Shown: positions 29,824 to 43,163 of the stretch, piece after piece
Layout: each line of letters starts with the position of its first letter
Position numbering within the stretch: the first letter of the stretch is position 1
DNA from: Lama glama
Lineage: Eukaryota
Assembly (NCBI GenBank): GCA_028534125.1
Contig: CM052839.1
Span: 46,252,001-46,316,000 of the forward strand
Length of the DNA: 64,000 bases
Direction: 5' to 3'
Notes under the pieces: generated by a model
The model's database searches: none
Told to the model about the DNA's origin: nothing
The model's input: only the letters and a program-made list of their open reading frames with translations
Program-made: the position numbers and the translations under genes

Positions 29824-30464
29824 GGAAAATTAGCAACATACACATCATTTTAGGAAGTGGAAAATGAGGCTGCATGAGTGAGAGAATTCACTGTAACGTG
29901 GTGAAGAAACAGCGCACGTGCCAAGTAGCTTCGCCAGCAACGCATTCTGCCCAGTGGAAATAAATTACTTGTATAAATAGCGTCTGCTGTCAGCGTGTTG
30001 TTCAGTCATGACGAATCACAGCGTCTTCACACATGGCATTTTGATGCTAGGACTGGAAATGTCTTGTCTTGGCTTTTTTTTTTTTTTAGGAATTGTGTAC
30101 CTCAGAACACACAGATTTAATAGAAAAACAGTTGAACAGTTTGTTCTATTGCTATTTATAAGTGTTTTAAAGAGATTTTCTCTAAGATGCTAACACCCAA
30201 AAGTTACTTTTCAGTCCCACGCATTTCATTTGATCTTTTACAGAACGTTGAACTCATTAAGTCTTAAGTGTGAGTCATTCAAATATTTTACACCCCAAAG
30301 TGGAAGCAGCTTTTAACATTCATGCTTAGCATTTACAGAACTGAATTGAATGCAGCTTCATTGCAGTTCTTTTTTGAGAAGAAGACCGTATTGTAAAAGC
30401 TGACTGGTGGAAAAGCGTTGGGAGCCAGGGTTGTGTGTGCTGTGCCTCAGCTGGGGCCGTGGCT

Positions 30465-31092
30465 CTAGGACACTCGAGTTCTCTTCCGCAGCGTGAACAC
30501 CCTGGTGGTGTCACTGGGCTTGGCCCTCTTGGCTCCCTGCTGGGACTTCCCTGCATCCCTTGGACTTGTCCTCTTTTGCCCTTTGGGTCTGAGGTCACAC
30601 GGAGCCTCCTGGCTTTCTGGGGTGTGGTGGGAAAGTTCCTGGGCCGTGGGCTCCCCCTCGCCTGGCCGGCTGGTCCCTGCGCTGTAGGCCGCCAGCTGGC
30701 AGAGGGCCACGGCCGCCGTCTGCTTCTGCTCCTCGCTGTCCACCGCCTGTGTGTCCGGGGCCTCCCCGGGGCTCGCATCCCCAGAACTTGCCGGCTCCGT
30801 CCGCATGGTGGGGGCCGTGGTGGGCTCGGGCCCACGTGAGGGGCTGTGGAAGGATGGCCTTGGGGTCAGGGCGTTGCAGGGGTCCTTCACCGAGAGGTTG
30901 AGGGGCACATCCTGCGGCTCCGTGAAGTCTCCGTAGGCAGGGGTGTGGGTGGCCGTCAGCTCAACCTCTGGCTTCTTGGAGAGGTTCAGCGGGGCCGTCC
31001 TGGAGCTGTCCTCCGGGCTGCAGGGCGTGGGGTCTGGGCCAGGAGAGGTGTGTCCGGTCTGAGCCGGGGCCTCTGCACTGCCGGCCTCGAGG
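30465..31092 (-). CDS. ZNF750: ZNF750 last coding exon (628 nt incl. TAG); PLNLS motifs at 30992-30978 and 30905-30891; basic C-terminus LRKRTRVS
   Basis: Acceptor cttgtctcttccag|C CTC GAG restores the frame; EEQKQTAAVALCQLA motif; spliced product is 684 aa. Confidence 0.95.
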
Positions 31093-31197
31093 CTGGAAGA
31101 GACAAGAGGAATCATCCTAGGACCTTGCTTATGAGCGCTGGTGGGGCGGCTAGCGCAGCCAGCAGGACACCGGAGGGTTTGAAAATGGAGGCGCTTA

Positions 31198-32777
<1,580 letters not shown>

Positions 32778-35700
32778 CTGCAACGGGGAAGCAGAGCTTA
32801 GTGTCAGGACGCGGGTGGGCGGGCTGACCGAGACCAGCCTGTGTCCCCCGGAGCCACTGAGGACTGGGAGCAGAGGCCCCTGCAGCACAGAGGCTGCCCC
32901 ACTCCTGGGGCAGGTTTGAGACGAGCCTCATCGGAGCCCCAGCTGCTGCGCCAACGGCTTCTGTTCCCTCAAGTCTGGCCGAGGGCGTGTGTTCAGTGGA
33001 GGGTCTAGTGTCAGTTCTGAGCATACCTGTAATCCTCTTTTCGGGAACCTTTAGCCCGTGATCTGAGGCCTCAGATGCCAGGAGGCTGTGGATCGAGCAG
33101 GCTGGGTGGCTGTCGGGGTCCTGCCCCATCCGTGTGCCTATCGCCCTGCTGGCCTGACGGCTCTACCATGACCTGTGCGGCCAGGCTCGTGCGTGTGTGA
33201 CACTCACATTCAGTGCAAGAGAAGTGTGACTGTAACATTCCGCACATCTGCCCTATTCAGTCACAGTGCTCGGTTCTACCAGGGAGTATTCAAAAACGTG
33301 GTTCCACCTTCCTGCTTCTAAGTTCACATGTGGAAAGTCCGCTTTCTTGGTCTGTGGCATGTGTGTTGTCCAGACACAGATGTGGTGCTATTTGGGTGAC
33401 TGTGCGCCTGCGAGTGCCCCGAGTTCTTACTCACTGCCACGTTTCTGCGGCTCACCTCGTGAATGGCGTGGTTGGTCCCCGCTTGGCCAGGAGGCCTGGA
33501 TGTGTGTGGACTGCTGAGAGCACTGTGGGCCCGGGAGCCTGCCTGCCGTTCTTGGCCACACCTGCAATGGCAAAACCACATCTCTGCAGCCCTCGTGGTC
33601 AGGGTGAAGCTGCGGTGAGTGGTGCCAGGCCTGCTGGATCCTGAGGCCTTCCCCCTGCAGTAGGGGCTGCGGAGTTGCCTCCCCCTGGGGCTTCCTGTCC
33701 CTGCCCACCCGCCAGGCTTAACAGGGGTTCTCAGCCTGGGTTCCCTTCAGAGGTGGCCCTGCACACCCCACGGCTTGCCCTCTGCCGCACACCCTGAAGC
33801 TGAGAACAAAGACGTGAGGTCTGGGAGGATCTCCGCAGCCGGGTGCGGCTGCATGTCCTGGACCAGCCCATGGGGTGACTGCGTCTTAGAGAAAGCCTGT
33901 GGGTGGGGAGGGCTGGGGGCGGGCCAGGAATCAAGGCTGGCACTTTAATTTGCATTAAAAATGTAGAAAGGATCTGGCTTCTAAATATTTTCAAACAGCT
34001 TAAAAATAAAGTTAAAAGGAAATAGTTTAAGAACTTCTCAGCGGTGGTTGTGCTGTAAGGAATGAGCAGATACGGTCAGTCCTGAGTCTTGTGAAATTGT
34101 GTGTGCAAAGCGTCACCTTCTAGACATTGGGTTGGTTAAAACATTCGGCTGGAAAGCAGCCTTTTAAAAATAGATAAATATGCACTGGAAATCTAAGAGA
34201 CTCATTTCACAAAATGAAACAGTTACCTTTAACTGCGTCTCTCCCGCGTCCCACACATGGAGATGAGGTCATGGGTAGTTTGCGGGAGGGTGAGAACGCT
34301 GCGGAGTGGGGTTTTAATTTCACTGGGGTATCTTAAATTCTGAGAAAGCCATCCGATTTTCTTCTCAGCAAACTGGTTTCTCTACTCAACTATACATATT
34401 TCTTAAAAACACAAAAACCTCTCTCCCCCAACAGACTGCTCTGTTTTATCACCAGCTTGCTCAAAGATGTGTTTCTTTCCTCGGAGGTGGCCGGGGGGGT
34501 CCTGCAGCCTCTGCTGTGCGGGAGTTTCTGCAGAGCAGGGTGCTCAGGCACGTATTTTGGAAGAGAAATGAGATTGTTGGCTGCCCCCCGGCCTCCTTGC
34601 AGGTGTTTGTTGGCAGGGTGTGGGGTGGACAGAGGCCTGGCTGGGGCACCTGGTGCCTGGCTGTGCACCCCGCCCCCCAAGCCCCACACAGACAGTTAAA
34701 CCTGTGCTCATGGCTCTGCGTCTTACTAACTTCCCTACTTGTAAAGGGAGAACGTGAAATCATGCTCTATGAGTTCATTCCTTGCCTTGAGGGGCAGGTA
34801 TGCCCTGGGCTATAAAAGCACCATCTCCTTGCCTCCCTTCAGGAAGCGACTTCAGCCAGCGCGGGGCCAGCCCGGTACGTCAGGGCGGCCTGTGCTGGCA
34901 CGTCTCCTCATGCTCCCTGGTTCTGAAGGCGTGAGAACCTCTGCAAGTCAGGTTCCCATGATTGCACAGGATGTGTTACGGCGGAGATCTGAATGCGGGT
35001 GATTTCATCACTAGCTGGGAGCACCAGGATCAAAATGATGACAGCTGCGAAACGTTTATCAAGTGTGAGCCCGCGTCTGGTGATACCGGGAGAGGACGCA
35101 GACACACCCCTCCAGCGCCCAGACCGCGTGAGCGCTGAATGAACCAGAAATCCCCTCGGGATTTAAGCCAGCAGTGCCGCCAGCTCTCGGAGCTGGTACT
35201 TCCAGGCAGAAATTTAAGTCAACCCACTTTGATTCCATTTTCTCGGTGGTTTATAGGAGGCAAATAATACCTGAGTTACCACAGCATTACCCAAAAGAGT
35301 TGTTTGGGAAATTATTGCTTTTATGTTAATATGTACTTTTTTCAGTCCAGTGGTGCCCACAGTTTTGGACTGAACTTTCTGTTCCTTGGTCAGTTAGGTT
35401 GCAGGCACAGCAAACAGGTTTTCAGGGGATGGTTTCCTTGTGCCCGTGTTCTGGGAGGTGAGTGTTCTGGGGTGTGATTGATGGAGTCTCAGGAGCGGTA
35501 GTTTCAGTAGCTTTGAGTAAACTGACCTCAGGGTTGCAGTTTGCTAATTGAAACAAGGGAGCACAGCTGCTTCAGGTGCTGGTGGAGGCGTCGGGTTCAC
35601 TTGGTCATAAGGCAACAGTGTTGGAGAGGGAGGTGGGGTAAGCTTCCAGGGGGACGCCTTCTAGGTGAGGTCTGCAAGGGTGAGGGAGCCTCCCCACCTA

Positions 35701-35990
35701 CAGGGACAGGGTTTGCGACCTGGTCAGTTTACATCTGCCAGGCTGGCTGCTTGCTGGCAGCGGAAAAAGGGTGTCATTGCCAAAACAATAAATCCGGAAC
35801 TTTAACTGTTTGTAGTTAAGTGTGGATTAGCAATAGACATGAGGTTTTCCTGAAGGTGGTAAGAGGTGCTTCACTGTCCTCGCCCTGGGTGGTACATGTC
35901 TGGAGGGGTGCCTCCACGTTCACACAGTGGCCCTGGGTTTGTCTTTCCTTGGAGAACTGCGGTGTTAGCATGTTTTAAAATTCAGGTGTT

Positions 35991-36125
35991 GGGGAGGGTA
36001 CAGCTCAGTGGTGGAGCGTGTGCCTAGCATGCACGAGGTCCTAGGTTCAGTCCTCAGTACCTCCATTAAAAACAAGTAAATAAAATAAAGCTAATTGCCT
36101 CCCCCCAAAAAGATTAATTAAAAAA
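35991..36125 (+). mobile_element. tRNA-Ala-derived SINE (camelid Vic-1 type), full length
   Basis: GGGGAGGGTACAGCTCAGTGG A box, GGTTCAGTCC B box, A-rich tail; 14-bp TSD aaaattcagRtgtt (35977-35990 and 36126-36139) at a TTTT/AAAA site. Confidence 0.9.
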
Positions 36126-37896
36126 AAAATTCAGATGTTAGCCTAACCCTAAAGGGATGTTTACGTGGCAGTATTTTTCACCCTTGTGCGTCCCGCTGGG
36201 TCGGAGCCCTGCTTGTCGCACGCCTTCCCACAGCTCGGGCAGGGGTGCTGGCCTGGAACACGGGAGTGGGTCTCTGCCGGGCTCAAGGGTGGCAGGCGGG
36301 CCCTGGGAGCCGCGTCAGGCCCAGCAGCAGGTGTGGCGTCCACGCTGCAGGGGAGGGTGTGGGGAGCCTGAGCTGCCTTCGTTTCGGACACCCCCTTTGA
36401 GCTCTGCCAGCCTCTGCCTTGCTCAGCCCTTGGGGCCGGGAGTCGGGGCGCCAGGCCCGCACAGCACTCCAAGCGGCCTGCAGTTTCGGGGTCCACAAAG
36501 CACCAACTGGCAGTGACTGAATGGCTTCCTAAGTGTGGACAGTTCACGGGGTTGCCAGCTGTTCAGGCAGCCGTGAGTGGCTGGCACGGCTAACAGGGCT
36601 CTGAGGAGCCTGAGCTCTGGGAACTGGGCGGGAGAGAGGCTTCTTCCTAGCTTCGATGGGACACAGTGGAGGTAATTGCAGCTTAACTTTACAGGGCACT
36701 GCTGTGACGTGCCGGGGAGCTATGCTTGTCATGCGTGCTGACCTCTGGGCTGAAGTTGTGCTGCAATATTCCTCTCGGGGGTGTCCAGCTGCCTGGCAGG
36801 CCGCCTCACAGGTGGAGCGTTTTGAAGGGCACACTATAATTACAATATTGTGATGTGGCGTTATTGCGTAACTCAAGGACACGCCATTGTCGCCTACCCA
36901 CTGGGGTGTCGCAAGAACGAGATTTGTGAGTTTTACTCCAGTTGCGCTTTTCCAGTGATTAACCACCCCTCCCTCCCAGACTTTCGGTTCTTTGAATTTA
37001 AGGGTAAACTGAAAGACAGCCGTAACCTAGGGAAAGACAGTGTTCTGGGGCACCGTTTGGAAGACTGACTCCAGGAAGCAGCCAGGGGCTAGCTCTGGCT
37101 CCGGCCAAGATCCAGACTTTAGACACAAGCGCCCAGCAGTCAACGCACACGGCGGTAACATTCGAATGGTGGTCAGTCCCCAGAGCCAGAGCCAGAGCTC
37201 AAAGCTCACCCCGCCTCCTGCTCTTTATCCTCACGAATTAATGCTTAGAAGCAAGCGCTGGAAGGACTTTGTGAACACAAAGTAAAAATCAGGGTAACAG
37301 ACGCAGACAGATGTCCATGAAATGAAGTCTGACGCCAGTCAAATCTGACCAGTAGTTTGGTCGATAATTATTTTCCTAGAGAAACGTGAACTTTGTAAGG
37401 TTAACAAAACCCCTTCTTGTGTATGTAGGGATTCTCTCTAGCCAAGGGTTTTTTGTTGTTGTTGTTAAGCTTATGTCAAAAGAGTACTTATTTTAAACTC
37501 AAAAGATTCTAAAATTAAAGATTTATAAGTCAAAATCAGCAACTGTCTTATTGCACATACATCTGATTCCTTTATGGAAATTTATTGTAGTTGACTTTTA
37601 AGGTGAGAAACAGACACAGTAACATAAACTTACAGATTTGAGCTTTGGTTTAAATCTTATGAATTCTGTGGTAGAAACGAGGACCGAATACCCAGATAAG
37701 CTTGTTTGCGCTCCTAGAGTAAAGGGTAAGGCTTATGAGGAGTTCTGTGACAGAGGCACCTGCTGGGTCCTGAGCAGCCGGGGAGCGAGGAGAGGGCGCT
37801 CCCCGCAGGGCGGCTGCCGGGACCCTGCGCGGGAGGAGGCGCCCTGCGGGGCCGCGACTCCGAGGGAAAACGCGCGCTGAGCGGAGCGGTACTCAC

Positions 37897-37988
37897 CGGC
37901 GGCGGGCGGCGGGCGCGGGCGGCGGGCGGCGGGCGGCGGGCGGCGGGCGCGGAGCCGGACCTGCTCTCCCGCGCGCTCCCCGGAGACT
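37897..37988 (-). other. Candidate non-coding first exon (alternative ZNF750 start)
   Basis: TTAAAT at -30; Inr CCAGTCT with +1 at 37988; donor CCG|GTGAGT at 37897/37896. Confidence 0.5.
37901..37948 (+). repeat. (GGCGGGC)n, 7 units, one of them 6 nt
   Basis: Read directly from the sequence. Confidence 0.9.
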
Positions 37989-40394
37989 GGGGCGGCCGCG
38001 CCAGGGGGCGGGATTTAAGGGCGGGAGCCGAGCCCTCGGGGCGTAGAGATGCACCTGATATTCCCTCCGCCCGCAGCTACGATTCGTATGTGCGCACCCG
38101 CCGCGCTGCCGCCCCGCGCCGCTGCCTCTGGGCGCGGGGCCGGGCGGGGGGTGGGGGTCCAGGCGCCCGGAAGGGTCCCCCCACCTCCCCTCCCCTCCCC
38201 CTCGTGCGCCGTGGACCCCAGTCTGGGGGGAGCGCGTCTCCTGGCGCGGAGGCCGCCGCCCGTTCCTCCCCGAGGGTCGCGCGGAGCCCGTGTCCCCCTC
38301 CCGCCCCGGCCCTCCTGCCCGGCGTAGGGTGGGGGCAGCCTGGGCGCCTCGGGACCTGCCGCCGCACGCCCGCCGCCCGCCGCCCGGGACGCGCTTCCTC
38401 GCTGTTCCCGGCGAATAACCGAGACTCCGGGCAAGCGATTCGCAGCCCTACTCGCCCAGGGCCGCGATGCCCCCGGCGCCTCCGAGGGTGCGGGCGAGGC
38501 AGGTGTGCCCGCCTGTGCCAGGGTGGGCCTGCCCAACCCGGTGCCTTTTATTTAGTTTTTCAGTTTAAGCTTAAGATTTTACTTGGCTTTGCCATTATAT
38601 TGAATTAAAAAAAAAGTTTTAGTTGCTTTTGCCCAAATTAGACGTGTTGTACATCGTTCAGGGAGTGAAAAATAGTTCTGAGTCTTGTCGCAGGAAACAG
38701 CGACTCCTGCCCCCTCGCCCCTGCTGGTGTCCCACCTGTGACCAGAGGTTTAAACCCACTGCCCACGTTATGCTCTCGCGATTTGGGGGACCGGAGTCGG
38801 GCCTCTGCTGGGCCATCCTGTGTCTGCAGCTTGGTGGGCACTCACCTGCCTCGTGTCCCGGGGCAGCAGGGTCCTCCTCCTCCCCTTGGCTTCACTCCAG
38901 AGGCCTCTCTGGACGGTGGTCAGCCTCACTCACTCGGGACTCAAAGGAGCCCACAGCAGAGGCTCCCAGTCCTCCGAGAGGCCGGATGGGGAGCTGTTCC
39001 CAGCACCTCCTTGTCACACCTGACTCCGGGTTTGAGGGGGGCGGGCCCCACCTCTCAGTGGGAGGGTGCGGCTGGCTGCTCCCTCCCATCCTCCATCGGG
39101 AGCCCCACTAGACCTTTACTCCGGGCGAGGGTTTTGGTATTTGCCTCTTGTCATCCAAATGCATCACTGTCGCTAGTTTTGTTCCCTCCGCCCACCTTGC
39201 TGCTCCTGGGTTTGGGTGTTGTCTGCGCTGCCCTTGATGGGAAATGAGAGTGTAGCTCTCTGGCACCTCTGCCTCCACTCCTGCCTGCCCCATCACCCGA
39301 GGTTTCCTCCACCAGTTCCCTGCACTGGGGGCCAGGTCTCCCGGACCCCACATCGTCCCCTCTCTGCTGGTCCTTCGGGCGTGAAGCACGGCGTTTTCAT
39401 GGAGTCCTGAGAGCGCAGGAGAGGCGTCTGGAGACCCTGAAGGACTGGAGTGTCTGTTTCCTCCCCTCCTACCTAGTTGATGGTCCAGCTGGGTGTAGAG
39501 CCCTAGGCCATGTCAGTGTTTTGAAAGTGTCCTGGTTGCACGTGGCTTTCAGTGCTGCTGCTGTGAAGTGTGGTGCGGCTCTGATGCTGACTCTGCCTCT
39601 AGCATTTTCACTCGAGACAGTTCAAACGTATAGATGAGTTGAAAGAACGTGGCGGTGAACGCTCACACCAGGATTCCGCCATGAACATTCTCCTGCTCTG
39701 CCTCACGGCCCCCACGCCCCCACCCCTCATCCACATGCTCATCCGTCTTACTGATTTGCTGTGTGTCAGTCGGTAGCAGACACCACTCATTTTACCCTGA
39801 ACGCTTCAGCAGACGTATCATGAACTGTTCCCACTTCCTCTCGCACAGGTAGGATTTACCTGTGGTGAGGGCACAGGGCCCTGAGTCTGGAGCGCTCCCC
39901 GGTCAGAAAGTGGAACATTCTGGTCGCTACACCAGGCGGCTGGGTTGCTTTCCGTCACAGATTATTTACACCTGTTGTAGGATTTTGGTCTAAATGGTGA
40001 TTCCTGGTTCTGCATGGGCCGCCACTTCTCTCCTGCAGGCTTTCTCTGCCCTCCGTGTTCTCGCCTTCCTAAACTTTCCCTTCCTACCCTTTCTTTTCTG
40101 CTATTAGGAGTTTTGGTTTCCAAGAATTCCTTCTTGTTCTCTGAGTGTTCCTTTTGTAGTGTCTTATTCTTATTTGGTAGCTGCAATAGCTTCTCTTACT
40201 CCCCTGAGAATTTTAATGATGGCTTTTTGGCAGGTGGCGTGGTTCTCCCTGCAGGGTCTCCATTTCTTCCACAAAGGACTTCTGTTTTCTTTCACCTGCT
40301 TATATCGCCAGAGAGTTCACTGTCTTAGCGGGCAGGGGGTTAGGCACCTGTTGGGTGTCTCTAGGTGTAAGGCTTTGTGCTAAAATTCTGTCTT

Positions 40395-40510
40395 CATTAA
40401 TCCGTTTAATCACTGCAACAACTCTTCGAGTGGAAATGATCATTCGCCCAGTTTGCAGAGTCAAACAGCACAGAGAGGGCAAGTAACTTGGCTGAGGCCA
40501 CCCAGCCTGA
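40395..40510 (-). mobile_element. MIR fragment
   Basis: tttaatc...caacaactct...cccagtttgcaga...cacagagagggcaagtaacttggctgaggccacccagc core. Confidence 0.55.
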
Positions 40511-41645
40511 AGGGTGACAGAGTCTAGTGGGAGGGCTGCCCTGGGGGAGGGGTGCTCATGGCCCAGTAGGGTGGGGGGCCCCTGCTCTCTGGCTGGGCTG
40601 CGCACTTGAGTTTTGGCTCAGTTCTTTCCTCCTCCGGTGACCTGGGGCAGTTCCTTGACCTGGGCCTCAGCCTTCTCCTCTGTAGAAGGTGCCCTGGAGG
40701 CCTTGACTCGTGGAGTTCCCCTTGGGACCTGATGGGTTAATCACAGCATCCCACAGGATTGCATTTGTATGGTGGGAATGGTCTGCGTCACAAGACAAAA
40801 CGTCTTTGATGAAGGAAACAGATCACTTACATTTTAGACCTTAGACATGAATACAAGGCAATTTTTACTGTTCACACTCCTCTTGGTGCTGCACCTGGTG
40901 GGAGGGAGAGGGCGACAGAAAGTCCATGAAAAGTTCAAGACGTGATTTCAGTTTCCCTGACTTTGGTCACTGTCGGGCAGTCAGCCCCACCAGCTGCCAT
41001 GCCTTCTGAGAAGTCGATTCCTCATGGCCCCGGCCCCAGGGAGGGCACTGGGGACCGCTCCTGAGGCCAAGGGGCACCTTGCTGCCCAGATGGTACCTCG
41101 GGGCCACGGGAGAGGTGTCATGGCTCAGGCCAGCAGGCAGGACGCTGCTCCCCTGGGAGGAGGTGGGCAGTGAGGCCGCTGGAGGGAGGGCAGCTTAACA
41201 CGTGCACACACCCGCATGTGTGCACACATCCATGTGTACACGTGTGCACGCACTTGCTCACTGAGCCTCAGTTAAGGGCAAGATGGCCGAGGACAGACGT
41301 CTCTCCAGGCTTTGGGCTAGAGTTGAGTCTTGCAGGAGGTTTGGGGCTGAGGTGCCGTGGCGCTGCCCCGGCTCCGTGTACCTCAGGCCTGTGTGTTCGC
41401 TCTTGAGGTCCGCGGTGCTCCTCGGGGTTGCTCGCCTGGACGTGGACGTGGCCTCTTAGAGGGAAGCCCACCCGGGGCACTGGCCCTGGGGCCGCAGTGT
41501 CCGGCCGGGCCCTCTGGCGCTGTGCGTCTTTTTGGGACTTGCCGTGTTTTCACGCTGCCACTTCCGCGCTGGGCCTCGGTGCCGAGGAGGATCTTCCCCG
41601 CGTCTCTGAGGTCTGTGCTGGCCTGTGGCCTTGGGATCTGCTTAC

Positions 41646-42110
41646 GGAGGGGAGGCTGTGTCCTGGAGGGCCCTCCACTTTCCTGGGGCCCTTGTGCTGC
41701 TCAGAGGTGCTGCCTTGGCCCTGCTCGCCTGTTCCCTGCTCCAGGAGGCTGCCCTGCAAGGGACTGGCTCCTGGGGCCCCAGTGGAGCTGAGTGTGAAGC
41801 TGGGCCCAGGAGGCCCAGTGGGGAGCGCGGGGCGCACGCCAGTCCACGTGGGAGCTGGAACTGGGGTGTCTCTCCCAGGTGAAGCACGTGGCTTCTCATT
41901 AAAAAACATGCTGAAGATGTCAGTGGAGTTTTGCTTCTGGGCAATAGAAATGAAAGTAGAGTTTCTGTGGCCGGCTTGCAAGGTAGGTCGAGTTGTGTGA
42001 GGTGTTCGGGGAGTTTAGTGTCGGCCACTTTACTTCCTCTGATGAGTGAGCGGAGGGCTTCATTGGTAACCGGAAGTCTGAGGTGTGTAATGCATTAATT
42101 TGCTTGTTAC
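41646..42110 (-). promoter_or_regulatory. Candidate distal ZNF750 promoter and first exon
   Basis: Minus-strand donor CC|GTAAGC at 41646/41645; upstream CCAAT (42062-42066), ETS (42070-42077, 42032-42038), POU-like (42088-42103), IRF/PRDM1-like (41947-41957). Confidence 0.4.
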
Positions 42111-42550
42111 TCCAGTAATGCCACCATTTGAATGTGGAAGTGGAGCTGCTCTGTTTGGAGGGGGCGCACGGGCCCCTTCTTTGGCTGGGCTGTCCTGTGC
42201 CTGGGGCTCCGGAACGGTGGCTGTGCGGCTGCTGGTTTTGGTGTGTGGCCCGTGGGCAGCTTTTGTACCCATGGCTCCCGTGCTCCCCCCCACCAAGGAA
42301 GGTGGAACCTGGTGGAGCTGCGCTGGACCTGGCGCTCCTAGCGCCTCGGGCGCCAGGGCGGAGGAAGGGCCGGGGAGGGATTCTGCGCCTCTGGGTTTAG
42401 AGGGGGCCACGAAGCCCAGCCCCGTGCAATGGGCCCTGCCTTCTGGTCTCAAGTGAAGCCTGAAACCGCGAGCTTCAGCTGGTTTTGTCTTTGACAGGGA
42501 ACCTGATTCACGCTGTGAGTCTGGGCCAGGTTCTGAGGGTTCCCACAGCT

Positions 42551-42615
42551 TTCCTTGCCCCTCCCTCCCCTCCCCCTCCCCTTCCCCCTTCCCTCCTCTC
42601 CTCTTCCCCTCCCCG
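42551..42615 (+). repeat. C/T-rich low-complexity polypyrimidine tract
   Basis: cccctccctcccctccccctcccttcccccttccctcctctcctcttcccctcccc. Confidence 0.85.
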
Positions 42616-43163
42616 CAGCAGTGTGCCTGTGTTTTAGGATGCTCACTGATCCCTTCTCAGGCTGGTTATAATTTGTCTCCTTTTATTGAATTCGTCTTTA
42701 AAAGGTGCTTTGTATGTGTCATTTTGGTATGTTCACAGCCACATGCAGAAGTCACTTAGATTGAACAAGGACCAGGAAACAAAGTGGCGCACAAATTTCT
42801 TTTCCTTTTTTCCTCATGCTGCAGATGACACCAGTGAACGACAGTGAAGAGCCCCCGAGCCCCTCCCTCACTCTACTTGACTGCACGTCAGTGCCCCACG
42901 CTCCGGTCCCTCAGGGCCACCGTCCTGCTCCATCCACAGCGAGAATCCTTCCTCCCTTTACTTCCAGACATTTGTATCGGTTCTTTTCCAAATCTTCCCC
43001 GTTCCCTCGCCGTGGCTTCTGCTCTTCCGTTCACGTGTCTACTGTTGCGAGCCTGCTCTGCGGGTACTGTCCTTTTAGGTCTGTTGTCCCAGGTTCTTGA
43101 GCTTCTCATCCTTCAGTTACGTCTGAGACTCTCCCCCGTGTGCCTACTCTTCTTACGTGATTT

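Larger units (their letters stand above)
29715..30464 (-). other. ZNF750: ZNF750 3' UTR (AT-rich; end approximate)
   Basis: AT-rich sequence after the TAG, running down to two AATAAA hexamers. Confidence 0.65.
37780..38520. promoter_or_regulatory. CpG island with GC boxes and a minus-strand TATA-like/Inr pair
   Basis: Visibly very CpG-dense block between AT-rich flanks; GGGCGG boxes on both sides of ATTTAA (38013-38018). Confidence 0.85.

Noticed and set aside
35991-36065. tRNA-Ala gene (also 43230-43302)
   Set aside because: Followed by a family-specific A-rich tail and flanked by target-site duplications; it is a SINE head.
40843-40860. p63 site (AGACATG...ACAAG)
   Set aside because: The two cores are closer than the 10 nt needed for adjacent RRRCWWGYYY half-sites, and the flanks fit poorly.
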